Notes under the pieces: model-generated | Databases searched by the model: none | The model's input: only the letters and a program-made list of their open reading frames with translations | Told to the model about the DNA's origin: nothing | Part shown: in pieces, positions 1-10,636 of the stretch | Layout of the letters: every line of letters begins with the position of its first letter | How positions within the stretch are numbered: position 1 is the stretch's first letter | Assembly: GCA_032718475.1 (NCBI GenBank) | Contig: JAUCBJ010006835.1 | Location: forward strand, 1-36,946 | Direction of reading: 5' to 3' | DNA from: Nemertoderma westbladi | Taxonomy: Eukaryota; Animalia; Xenacoelomorpha | DNA length: 36,946 nt | Program-made: the position numbers and the translations under genes

Positions 1-95
1 TACCCTCGGGTAGCAGCTATCGAAAGAGGAGCCTTCGGGTCGCCTCCGGCTTCGGCCGACTGTTTGCTTTGCTTGTTCATTAAATAAAAATAAAA
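1..95 (+). mobile_element. Probable 3' tail of a SINE/retroposon, truncated by the window edge
   Basis: GC-rich hairpin-prone segment (GTAGCAGCTATCGAAAGAGGAGCCTTCGGGTCGCC) followed by (TTTGC)n and an A-rich tail; resembles invertebrate SINE tails from memory only. Confidence 0.35.
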
Positions 96-276
96 TATAA
101 ATTGCAAGAAACTTCATTGCACCACCCAGCTTCAGTTCAGGCCATACAATTAATGCACATAGAGTAGTTTGAGAAACCACATTTTACCTTCAACACAATA
201 GGCCTACGGGTGTAAATGTTACGTCACAACCACAACCACAAGTGGCTTGCCCCATTGTCCAATGAAGTACCAAGTA

Positions 277-2203
277 TACATTGGTGATTTGGGTCACTTC
301 GTTCTTTCTTGACGTTTTGCTTTCCAGTTTTCCGCAAATGAAAAGCAAAAAGTTTATTATTTGTTTTTGCTTTCTCCTTTTCAGAAATGTCTAAAATTGT
401 AATAATAAGCTACAGTATAGACCTATTCCTATTTCTGTAGGACAGTATGTAGGTCAGATGGACACTGGTTACCGAACGTTACAGCAGTTATTCATTGTAG
501 TAGAGCAATCGCATAGTATCTTTGCTTCAAATTGTATTTTAAAATAATAGTTGTGTTGATGAGTAGGCCTACAGTAGCAATATTTATTGCATTGAACTTT
601 TGATATTGATGTAGAGTAGTAGGGTATATGATTTATGCAAGAACGCCGGCTGCTGTTGTTATGGGGGAACCTCACTTGAAATAAATATACTTTGTGCGCA
701 ATCATTGACGTAACGGCCAAATCTGATTGTCCGACAGCATGTCTATTAAGTACTGACAGGCATACAGACAGAAACGATGACGCCAAATTTGATTAGTTTA
801 ATGGTGATAAAAATAATTCGGTTTCGAATAGTTCATACACAATCTCTGTAATGCGAATTTCGATTGCGGATCTCCAATTGACGTATATAGCCCAACTGGA
901 TTGCTCTTTCAAGATGATAAAGCAGCTGCTAAGTATTGATGAAATGTATCTTTGAGTTGAAATGTTAATGCAGTAGTATCTTTGATGACCTTTAATCATG
1001 TTAGGTACTGATACTGGTATCGAGATTGTCAACTACAATCGAATTATTCAGTATTCAGCTAATCACGTCGATCTGGCGGGTTATCTGCAGAGTCACTGCC
1101 GCAGTCGTTATTGTCACTGGACTTATTGCAGCTATCAGGTGGGTCCAACTCTTTTTTGTGATTAAACCCCTGATCAATACAATATCGATAACATCATCAG
1201 ATATGTTATAATTGTTACTCGGGGTAACCTTGAACTTTGCTAATAAAATTGGTCGAATTCTACATGAAGGCACACCAATAACATTTAGGTGCATTCATTA
1301 TATCGCCCACCCTTGTTAAAATTTTGTAAGAACAATCGTCAAAGTGATAGGGATATTTAATAGCCTCAAAGCGCAGACTTTCATTACGTGAAGGGAAGGC
1401 CCATCTCTGAATAGCACCACCACAACTTCGCCAGAGATTCTTTCTAAACACGTGTTAAGACACCTGGACCTTTCCCCGTTGGCGATGGGACCAATTTTGT
1501 GATCTTCTGTTCTGACAGCTGAATCTTGAAAGTAAAATTAATGTAGCATTGCTTGTGTGCCCTGGCACGACGTACTCTCATAAGTCGACTAATTCCATTA
1601 ACTAAATCTAGGGATCAGCTCAGCCTCGATTAAATTGGTTATTTCAACATGTGAGGGTGAGGGTGTGTTACCGTCATTATTTTCATTTGTATCCATTAAC
1701 GGTTCTAATCTCCTGTTTATATCTGCATATCAAGTTCTCGTCTAAGACTTGAAAACAGTTGACGGCGTTGAATACTACTATTAGCTCTATCGGTCCATCC
1801 CGTCTTTTAGATATAGACCTAAACAAAAGCTATTGTACTTTCAGAAACCAGGATCCGGCTCAGTATAGGTAGGCCTACTGTAAAACTAAACTAGATTTTC
1901 GTTTAGGCCAACACATTTCTGAAAACGAGAAAGCAAAAACTAATAACTATAGTAAGTAAACTTTTTGCTTTACACGTTTCTAAAAAGGAGAAAGAGAAAA
2001 CTAATAATAAACTTTTTGCTTTTAATATTTCTGAAAAGTGGAAAGCAAAAACCATCAATAAACTTTTTGCTTTTCATATTTCTGAAAAGTGGAAAGCAAA
2101 AACCATCAATAAACTTTTTGCTTTTCATATTTGTAGAAAACTGGAAAGCGAAAACTCATGAACCTTTGTAAAAATAACAAACTGGCCCAAAATCACCACC
2201 ATA
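277..2203. mobile_element. Non-autonomous/decayed TIR DNA transposon with 6-bp TSD (IS3EU-like), lying in the intron downstream of the neuropeptide exon
   Basis: Direct repeat CAAGTA at 271-276 and 2204-2209. Left end TACATTGGTGATTTGGGTCA matches the reverse complement of the right end (TATGGTGGTGATTTTGGGCCA). Subterminal repeats at 315-390 are inverted copies of those at 1913-2155. The interior has only broken ORFs. Confidence 0.7.
1913..2155. repeat. ~51-bp tandem subterminal repeats (4-5 copies) of the 277-2203 element
   Basis: Unit ATTTCTGAAAAGTGGAAAGCAAAAACCATCAATAAACTTTTTGCTTTTCAT, with CTGAAAAGTG at 2031 and 2082. Confidence 0.9.
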
Positions 2204-2231
2204 CAAGTAACTGTTTGGTTATTAATCTTAC

Positions 2232-2420
2232 CTTTGGAGCTCGTGCGTTTGCCATCGCTTTCATTGATGTCGCAAGCCCTGTCTGACGTAGGTTGGCCAT
2301 ATTATTCCGCTTGCCGCCAGGAAACCAATTACTGGCCCCTGTAAACCCATTGGCCCCCTTTGCGATATCGATAGCAGTGACAACCAATATTACCAGAGCA
2401 ACAAGAACTCGGAATTCCAT
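2232..2420 (-). CDS. First coding exon of a GnRH/corazonin/AKH-superfamily neuropeptide precursor (predicted mature peptide ANGFTGASNWFPG-amide)
   Basis: ATG at 2420 gives MEFRVLVALVILVVTAIDIAKG (hydrophobic signal peptide), then ANGFTGASNWFPG, then G-KR (amidation + dibasic cleavage), then 25 aa ending at AAG|GTAAGA (donor at 2231, phase 0). The F-T/S...W-x-P-G-amide pattern is the superfamily signature. The downstream exon was not found in the window. Confidence 0.88.
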
Positions 2421-3094
2421 TATGTCTCTTTCCTCGGCGATAGGAGTAGCTGTTTGCAATGTAACTCTGTTGGCCTGCCGCCTACAATCTAATAATAAGA
2501 TTACAAATCAACTAACGAACTGATGTTACCAATAAGAATACGGCCCTACGTTACTCGGGAATACAATTAAAACAAGTAATTGGTACAAGCAGATCCTGGA
2601 GTTGTTATGTTTTTCTCACATTGCATTCCACATGCAAATGTCCAGTAATGGGGAGCAAGTGTCACAATAGAAAAAAGAAAAAGGCCTCAAATAGGAAAAT
2701 GTTAACAAATAGAAAGGTTTTGGTTAGAAATATTGTTGTAACCTGCTCCTTTCCCATATCGGCAAAAACTTTTTGTAGCCATTTTTCCAACTTATTCCAT
2801 GTCACTCACTGCAATGACGTTCGCGCGCCTTCGCGCATCACTAGGCTCAGTTACCAGGGTCTATTTTTCACATCTTCTCTTCTCTTATCTATTAAAATTG
2901 AGCGATTCTATCTCAAGCGCACTACGATACCAGTACCTGAGATTGATGAGTGTTTGTGTATTATAAATAAGATTGTAGGCGAGCCAATTTCTCAAAAATA
3001 TTAAAACTTATCTTATGCCAATGTGAATGTAATAATGATATTCAAATATTATTAAATTAATTTACCATGTCAATACCGAAATCGTCAACATTAC

Positions 3095-3360
3095 GTACAG
3101 ATCCATTCACAGAAGAAATGTTATTCTCAAGGAGTTACTGCTGCTCAGATTGAATGTTCACTACGAAAGGAGTTTCTCAACCCCATCCAAATTCTGGTCT
3201 GGATGTCTAGGGATGACCGAAATATAGTCCACCAAGATAAGGACGAGAAATGGGGCTAGTGTCTCACTGTGTGCTCGGACCCTTGCATGCCTGGCCTTCA
3301 ACAGATGTTCTGCATTCATCTACGGCAATTGGGCAATTACAGCATCCATATTCCCATTCA
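3095..3360 (+). pseudogene. Possible highly decayed non-LTR retrotransposon RT N-terminal relic
   Basis: Scattered motifs across frames (DPFTEE, SGLD, AFNRC..W...IFP) occur in the order expected upstream of LINE RT domain 1. Confidence 0.3.
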
Positions 3361-3366
3361 TTGATA

Positions 3367-4294
3367 GGGTTGGTGCGTGAAAAAAATGTCGGGTTATAAA
3401 CAATTGAATAAGGGGTAACAAGGTGCCCTGAATCGAGTGGCGGGGTGTGTTTTTTTGTAAAAACACGAGGCAACTGTCGAAATGGCAAGTTTAAGTAATC
3501 GCGGGAAGCCAATTTTGAAAATCGGCTGTGATTGGCTGTTACAGATTTGACGACACTACTAAGTCCTATGATTAATTTCTTATTTTGTTTTCTATGGGTA
3601 GTGATTTTAGATCCATTCAAATGCAAATTAAATCTCAATCATCTCACACATGGCTTCTATCAATTGAAAGTGGGGGAGAGTCTTGCGCGTCTTTTGACAC
3701 TACAATTAATTAAATTAATGATGAAGATTGATAAAATGCTGTTCACAATTGCAAACTCGTCAGATAGCCTGACGGGTATGCAAGCCCTATCAGCCTATTA
3801 CAGTATCTGATTATTCCAGATTTACTTCATTAAGTTAGGTTTACCGGTGACCGGTACACATTTTAATATTCAAGTAACACCAATTATTATAATACGAAAG
3901 TACCGGCTGAACGGTATTATTTATAAGTTTAGTGGTATTATAAATCTAATCTGTAGGCCTTACCGTACTCAATACAGCTTGGAATGCAGCATTGCTGCTG
4001 GAAATACTGCCGGAAACAGCATTTTATCAATGTTCCTCATCATTAATTTAATTAATTGTAGTGTTAAAAGACGCGCAAGACTTTGCTTTCAATTCATAAA
4101 AACTATGTTTGAAATGATTGCGATTTAATGTGCATTTGAATGGATAGATTTTGGCTATCCGCGCATACTTAAACCCGTTATTACGACCGTTTCCTCGTGT
4201 TTTTTACAAAAAACACACCCCGCCACTCAATTCAGGGCACCTTGTTACCCCTTATTCAATTGTTTCTAGCCCCACAATTTTCGCGTACCAACCC
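3367..4294. mobile_element. MITE with ~105-bp terminal inverted repeats, TA-flanked
   Basis: TA|GGGTTGGTGCGTGAAA...AAAACACGAGG (3367-3470) is inverted at CCTCGTGTTTT...GTACCAACCC|TA (4193-4294). Confidence 0.88.
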
Positions 4295-4520
4295 TATTCT
4301 GCCTCATTGTCCAAGTACCGGTAAGAATACCCCACAAAAAAACGCGACAGCTAAAATCGCCCGTAAAGCTTGAAATGCCGTGAATTAAATTTCGTCCCGG
4401 CGTTAAATTTATTATTTAAATAACCCTAACGTTCAGATTAAATTGTATCCTAGTCAATCCTAATGACACTATTACCGCACCTACGTCCCATTGGATCTGC
4501 TTCAGGAACGCCTCATTCAA

Positions 4521-4530
4521 ACTCACCTTG
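4521..4530 (-). other. Consensus splice donor (CAAG|GTGAGT); candidate end of a non-coding first exon of the neuropeptide gene
   Basis: Perfect donor on the same strand ~2.1 kb upstream of the ATG; candidate acceptor TTGTAG|G at 2482/2481; CCAAT motif near 4763. Linkage is inferred only. Confidence 0.35.
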
Positions 4531-6060
4531 TTGTAAATAACTCTTAAAATAGCTTCCAAATCGAGTATTCCTCGACCGTTATACAAATAAATAACAGGTT
4601 TAATGCAACTAAAGATACCTTTTAAATAGTTTAGTTATTTTCCTCAGAGTTTTATAATGTTTTTCAAACACTGATTGTGTTGGCCCGGTAATTACTTAGT
4701 TAAATATTTTAGCCAATACAATTTTCGTTTAAAGATTTCCGAATACTACTCATAGGATTTGACCAATCAGATCAAGACAAGGCAATATCAACGCCCAGTA
4801 AAAGTTGTTAACACCTGCGGTTTATTAGGTAGAGTATAACATCAATCATAATGAAACATCTTTTCACCCTATTTTGTTATATTCCTCCTTCGGTTTAAGA
4901 TAACCTTAAATGAAGGCCCAACTGATTACTTACTATATGACTAAGTACTCAATTCTTCTGAGTTAACATTTCCTTCTATTAGCTTATAACATGACACCCC
5001 TAAGGAAAACAATTAACCTTATGGCAGGCAGTTCCGACTAACACACGAAATTGAATATTCCCATTACCGTTCAATTCAGTTGAATATGTCATTTTATTTT
5101 CCTTGTACAGGAAACTAAAGCTAACAATGGGCGGATAACAACGGATAATCATTTTCGATGCATTTAAATTCACATTGACTCTCCTTGACACTTAACACAG
5201 ACATGGCTCACGCAGAGATAGTAAACACAGAGTTGAGCTCCACCCGCCACTCCCCTAGTTCCGCCCTTATGCTACAGTTTCATATGGTTCAGCCCCAAAG
5301 TGATATAGTTTTCTTATCGAAAGTAAATTGTAACGTATCTAAAATTTTCGGCCGAAATCATCAATTCTTGGATTTCAATTTTTTTATACATACAGTATAA
5401 AAAATTATGTAAGCGGGAATTTAAAAACGCCGTTGTATTTGTAATTAATTACAGTAGGTTGGTGGGTGGAAAGCAGATTTCCAATTCATGCTCTACTTCC
5501 CTATGAATTGGGTGCTACAGTAGTATATCAGCTACTGCAAAATATCCAGTTACACCGATATTTTTTTTTAAATGATAATAATATATATATATATTAATAC
5601 AGCCGTACCAAATAAATGGCCTTGACCATTGTTAACTTTCACATACTTCAATCAAGCAGTGTAATAGAATTAGTAATAGTAATAGTAATACGGATAGATC
5701 GCGGATATATACTGTATGATAAATAGTTAGGATAATTACAATTTAATTAACAATTTAAAATAACCATAAATACTAATGTACATGTAATGATATTGCAAGG
5801 TTGAGGAAACATTAATAATTATCCACACCACAAATGTGTACAGAACAACACTTACACACTAACTGTACATCCATATAAAATAATTACAGTAGTTAAGTAT
5901 AATAATATAAAATAATTGTAACTTAACTGATATATTGACGATTAAATGCACCCTCCTCTGTGAAGTACAGTACATCGTTAATTCGGATGATGTGTTTTAT
6001 TATGGTGGGAGAATGATAAATCATACAGTAGAAATAAATTTAGGAGGTAAACGCTACACT

Positions 6061-6150
6061 TACACCCCCCCCCCCCCCCCCCCCCCCATACGCTTACAAA
6101 CCCCCCCCCCCCCCCATACGCTTACACACCCCTACATACGCTTACAAACC
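6061..6150. repeat. Poly-C minisatellite, (C)n-ATACGCTTACA units
   Basis: Three ATACGCTTACA units separated by C runs of decreasing length. Confidence 0.85.
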
Positions 6151-6559
6151 TACAGTACTTTTAGGAAGGTTAGTAAACAGGCAGGTTCCGTTACAGAGGC
6201 GTATTGAAAGGAACCAAAACAATAAACGAGAGTTACGAATATTGTAGAAAACCCAACATAATTGAGAATCAACAGCTTGAGAATCAACAGTCAAATGTGT
6301 AAGCCTTCCGGCTTACGGTACAGGTATGTGTAGGCATAGGTGTATAGTACCTACTGTAGGTGGGCTCACCAAGGATCCAACACAACACGTGGCATTTCGG
6401 AGCTACACATTTCCTATCGCCGAATCCGGAGCCAACGTAACAAATATCCCTTGGCGAATCTTCTGGGCATTCTCAGGCCGCTTCCCGATGATGGGACATA
6501 CATACTGATACTGTACTGTACTGTGCAGTAGGTATGTATGTAATCCAATACTTCGTCTT

Positions 6560-6775
6560 GCAAACGGGATTGCGCTGGATAGACTTTTAAAGAATATTTA
6601 ACGCCACCCTACAATACAAAGCAATCAGACTGACCTCTGGGTCCTTCATGGGTTGCGATGGGTCTGGTTCTGCCGACCTATAGGTGTATAATTTTCCGAC
6701 AAAGCGTGAACGGGCGAGGTTAAATGCCTCACGCCCGCCGAGGTCATCAAGATTCATAAGATAACTTCTCAATAA
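6560..6775 (-). pseudogene. Possible decayed LINE ORF2 C-terminal fragment (target of the RTE insertion)
   Basis: Minus-strand reading SYLMNLDDLGGREAFNLARSRF resembles the 'YL....R..L.R.R' region near the C-terminus of LINE ORF2; weak. Confidence 0.3.
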
Positions 6776-7154
6776 TTGTTGTAATTGTCATAAGTCATTG
6801 TGTCAAGTACAATGCACACATCTCCAACCAGACACTATATAACATTGGAGGTGTTTCATTGGTTCCCCCAAGCTTGACACTAGAACAAAATCGCCTCCGC
6901 TTTGCAGGACATTGCTTTCGCCGTGAGGACCAGCCAGTGCATAATCTTGTACTTTGGCAGCCTCATGGAGTGAATAAGCATGGTGGACAGCCCATGACTT
7001 TCTTGAGACGCATCTTAAAGGACACTGGCCTTGAAGATGCGGATGATCTAGCAAATGTCATGGGTGATAAGGAGTTGTGGCGGCGCAATTTTGTTGACAA
7101 GCCGGCACAGCATTCTTAAAAATGCAGCTGCAATGCAGCATGCCGATCCTAGTC
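6776..7154 (+). mobile_element. 5'-truncated RTE-clade LINE (3' end) flanked by a ~53-bp direct duplication
   Basis: Encodes HISNQTLY...RLRFAGHCFRREDQPVHNLVLWQP...DKELWR, a typical RTE C-terminus. Flanking repeat AATGCCTCACGCCCG...CTTCTCAATAA at 6723-6775 and 7155-7208 (one extra G). Confidence 0.92.
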
Positions 7155-7980
7155 AATGCCTCACGCCCGCCGAGGTCATCAAGGATTCATAAGATAACTT
7201 CTCAATAAGAACATATACTTTTTCCATTTTATACGTTGTAATTTTATTCCACCAAATTAACTTATTTTCGCCTCCGGTTATGTATCTTTATACATAATTA
7301 CTATTTTTGTAATTTATTTTAAAATTTTTTATAGTTTTGTTTACATACTGTAGTTCTTACAGTATAATCAAACCAACATACTTAAAAAATTTCATAATTT
7401 TATTATTAAGACCCACGCCTACGTTATACAGTACCTAATCTCTGTAAATTTATTTCCCGCTTTATTTTCTCTTGAAGTCTACTTACTTTAACCCCCTAAT
7501 AGTAATTATTAGATACCATATATACTGTAGGCCTATTGCCACATTAATATATTCTTTGTTGTGTTTTTCAGCGCAATACATTTTATTGTCACTAACACAC
7601 ACTGTGGACTACTGTATGTTGGTTTATTTGTTTTTATTTGTTGTTTTTTAAACATGAAGTCATATTATTCAGTGGACGGTTATTAATGTTTATTTTCAAT
7701 GTGGGAGACGAAATCTACTGTATGATGTCAGATTAGTAGTTATACGTAGATGGCGGTACAATTACCCAAGGTCGTATGATTTCACCCGATCAATCAAAAT
7801 AGCTTTGTCGTAATACTTCGGTCAAATACAGTATATCAATATTCGAAGGCAGATGACGATAATTTACTTGATTATTATATGAGAATGTTAATTTCTTCCT
7901 TTGATGAATTACATAGTGTACAGTACAGTAAGTGGCCTTGTATAGTGGCGTATTGCATACGGAGACATAAAGAGAAACAA

Positions 7981-8012
7981 ACACGTTCGTGGGGCCTTCG
8001 CGCAGCACGAGA
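7981..8012 (-). mobile_element. Terminal stem-loop motif of a Helentron/DINE-1-like repeat family
   Basis: ACACGTTCGTGGGGCCTTCGCGCAGCACGAG; related motifs at 13739-13769, 17724-17755, 19968-19996 and 31948-31977. Confidence 0.6.
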
Positions 8013-8543
8013 GCCTAATATTAGAAAGTAGATTATACTAATGTCTATTAGATATACGAATACTGTCTTTCCTATAATATATATGAGTGAAGGCGATGCT
8101 ATCAGTTTGTGATAAACTAGTTGTAAAAATAGGGATCCATTTTAGTTTGCCCTTACACACTTTAACTGCCATTTGTAAACCTTCTAACTAGGGCTATTTA
8201 AGTTAAGTATGACATTTTTAGTTTTACAATACTCTTCTCCTTCATTAGCCTTGTTGCGTTCGTTCTGTTTTGTCTTAAAAAAAAATTTTCCTAAACGGAG
8301 ACTAACGACCTTTATAACTATGCAGTCTTGAAACTGTGACTGCTTATGTTAGTAACTGCTGTCAATGGGCGAAATTATGGAAAATATACCAAACCAAATA
8401 TGCAAGGGGAGAGGTAACTTAACGGATAGATGCTAATATAAATTTACATATGTTTTATTCAGTTATTATAATTTGTTTGTGCTATAATTGGTTAGCTTGA
8501 ATTTAAGTATATTACTTTATAGTAGCTTACATACTGTACGTAC

Positions 8544-8907
8544 AGGTGCTGCGAAGCAACACCTTGGCCCTACGATGCTTATTCATTTTGATTATCAGTC
8601 TACTCTTAATGTAGACTGCCACATCTGTTATTTATCATAACTATGAGTTTTAATGAATAAAAGAGATAAACTTAACTTTTTTTAAACTTGCTGATTTATG
8701 GCAGATGAATACTCGTATCCACTGTAAACTCGTTGCGTTCGTTCGTCTTTTACCAAACTTCCGATTCTTTCTAAGCTTTTGCCGGACTACATATACGTAC
8801 CAAGTTTCATCAAGGAATAACTGAGTTATTAGCGATCAAAAATGTACGACGACGACAGACGACGACGACGACAGACAACTCGTTAATGGCACCCATATGC
8901 TAAGGCT
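8544..8907 (-). mobile_element. Helentron/DINE-1-like non-autonomous element
   Basis: Hairpin AGGTGCTGC-GAA-GCAACACCT at 8544-8564, core GTACCAAGTTTCATCAAG (similar to the cores at 20135-20165 and 31782-31810) and a (GAC)n/ACAG microsatellite at 8847-8878. Confidence 0.55.
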
Positions 8908-8912
8908 GTAAG

Positions 8913-9639
8913 GGATAGTTCTTTTTACAGAACACAGTAGAACACAGCAGAACACAATAGAATACAGGCGGAACATAGGCGAACACAGCTGTAATTAAAA
9001 TCTACACCAAAAAATAACACACTTGGGAAAGTACCGGACTTAATCATACAACTGTAAGATGTCAATTACATATTTAAATTAAATGGCGGTTTTCCATATC
9101 CTCCAAAATAAATTACCTGATCAGAGTTGCCCGATCAGCTGTTCGGTTAGGCCTGTGCCTGTTACTAGTCCAGCAGTCTGCCTGTCAGTCTGTTCCAGTA
9201 CTGCAGTAGGCCTAGTGCTGTAGAGACATGTACAGACTAACAGACCGTACATTGTACAGGCATGTAGGCTTCCTACAGTCCTACAGTCTAACTGACCGAT
9301 GTGCAATTACCGGGCACAGTGTAGAGTATATTACCAATGTACTGATGTAGGCCTACTCAGCTACCGGTACTGTACTGCTGTAGAACTAACCAAACCAACT
9401 CTCCATGGTTACAGGATAATGAGAAGTAATTTATTTTGGAGGATATGGAAAACCGCCATTTAATTTAAATATGTAATTGACATCTTACAGTTGTATGATT
9501 AAATCCGGTACTTTCCCAAGTGTGTTATTTTTTGGTGTAGATTTTAATTACAGCTGTGTTCGCCTATGTTCCGCCTGTATTCTATTGTGTTCTGCTGTGT
9601 TCTACTGTGTTCTGCTGTGTTCTGTAAAAAGATATATCC
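8913..9639. mobile_element. Foldback-like MITE with ~205-bp near-perfect TIRs containing 10-bp subrepeats
   Basis: 8913-9116 is the reverse complement of 9426-9639, with AGAACACAG(C/T) 10-mers near the ends and a low-complexity interior. Confidence 0.92.
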
Positions 9640-9849
9640 TATGCTGAAGGCTTCGTGGCTTGCCTCAGATAGGCCTACATGCACTGTATCATTAATTTTG
9701 TAATTTAATGTAACAAGCCATGATACTGGCACAAGGTACTGTTCATACTCAGATACAATGAAATGCAATGACAGTAAAATATTTTTTTTTATTTAATCAC
9801 TAAACTCTAAAGAAAGTTTAAATGAAAGTATTAAAAGGAGTTCGTTATC

Positions 9850-10030
9850 AATCCAGAGAATTGGATGCACATTGACTTAAGCTGCGATCGTTCTTAGGGC
9901 ACTTGAGGAGGTGGTAGGTGGACGCATGGTCTCCACAGCTTGCAGCGACAATCGGTAGAGTTTACGTGAAAACTTTTAGTACTGCATATATGGTGGTGAA
10001 AACCATGGGCCGAGTACCTAGTGCTAGTGA
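9850..10030 (-). pseudogene. LINE ORF2 C-terminal zinc-knuckle relic
   Basis: Minus strand reads DCRC/SCGDHASTYHLLKCPK (frameshifted C-x-C...H...C motif). Confidence 0.45.
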
Positions 10031-10139
10031 CCAGTGACGTATTTTAGAATTTGCGGATGTCCAGTCTCTGTTCATCAGTGCTGGCGTTTTCCCGACTGCC
10101 CGAACTCGTGGTCGATTTCTGTTATTTTTGAGTATAGTA

Positions 10140-10636
10140 AAAGAGATTCATCTTGTACCGTACCACTCGAGATATGGAACGACCATTTCTCCAACATATA
10201 CAACCGGGAGGTGGACAAAGATCTTGTCGACAAAAACATACTAAATCTACCAACTCCAGTTCTGCAGTTGTAGATGATCTCGACGCCTGCAACAGAGAAT
10301 TTACAACAGCGGAGGTTGCTGAAGAAATTCAAAGGAGGCCGAATAAGAATTCGGGAGGTCCAGATAATGTTACTTATGAAACGTTAAAATCTGCGGTCTC
10401 CCTAACAATTCATCTTTGGGTCGTATTTATTTAACCTCGGCCTGGTAACGGGTAACATTGTATCCACCTGTAAGACCAGCATTCATACTGTAGTTAAGGT
10501 CCGCTATAAAGGTAAAGGTTCTAGGGAGGATCCAGATGCTTGCTGAGGCATCGCCCTGCTAAGCAATCCATATAAAATACTCACAGCCCGTAGACTGCGC
10601 GAGTTTCTTAATAAAGTAATCCCAGAAGAACAGTAT
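10140..10636 (+). pseudogene. Decayed non-LTR retrotransposon reverse transcriptase, N-terminal domains
   Basis: Across frameshifts: WNDHFSNIYN...EFTTAEV...NKNSGGPDNVTYETLK...YKGKGSREDPDAC*GIALLSNPYKIL...IPEEQY. Confidence 0.88.

Noticed and set aside
2193-2231. C-terminus VRLITKQLLVWW of the neuropeptide ORF
   Set aside because: It reads through a consensus donor into the intron, and the stop lies in the transposon TIR.
6326-6531. Possible exon (GC-richer island with open frames)
   Set aside because: No recognisable protein and no convincing splice pair; probably part of the adjacent decayed retroelement.
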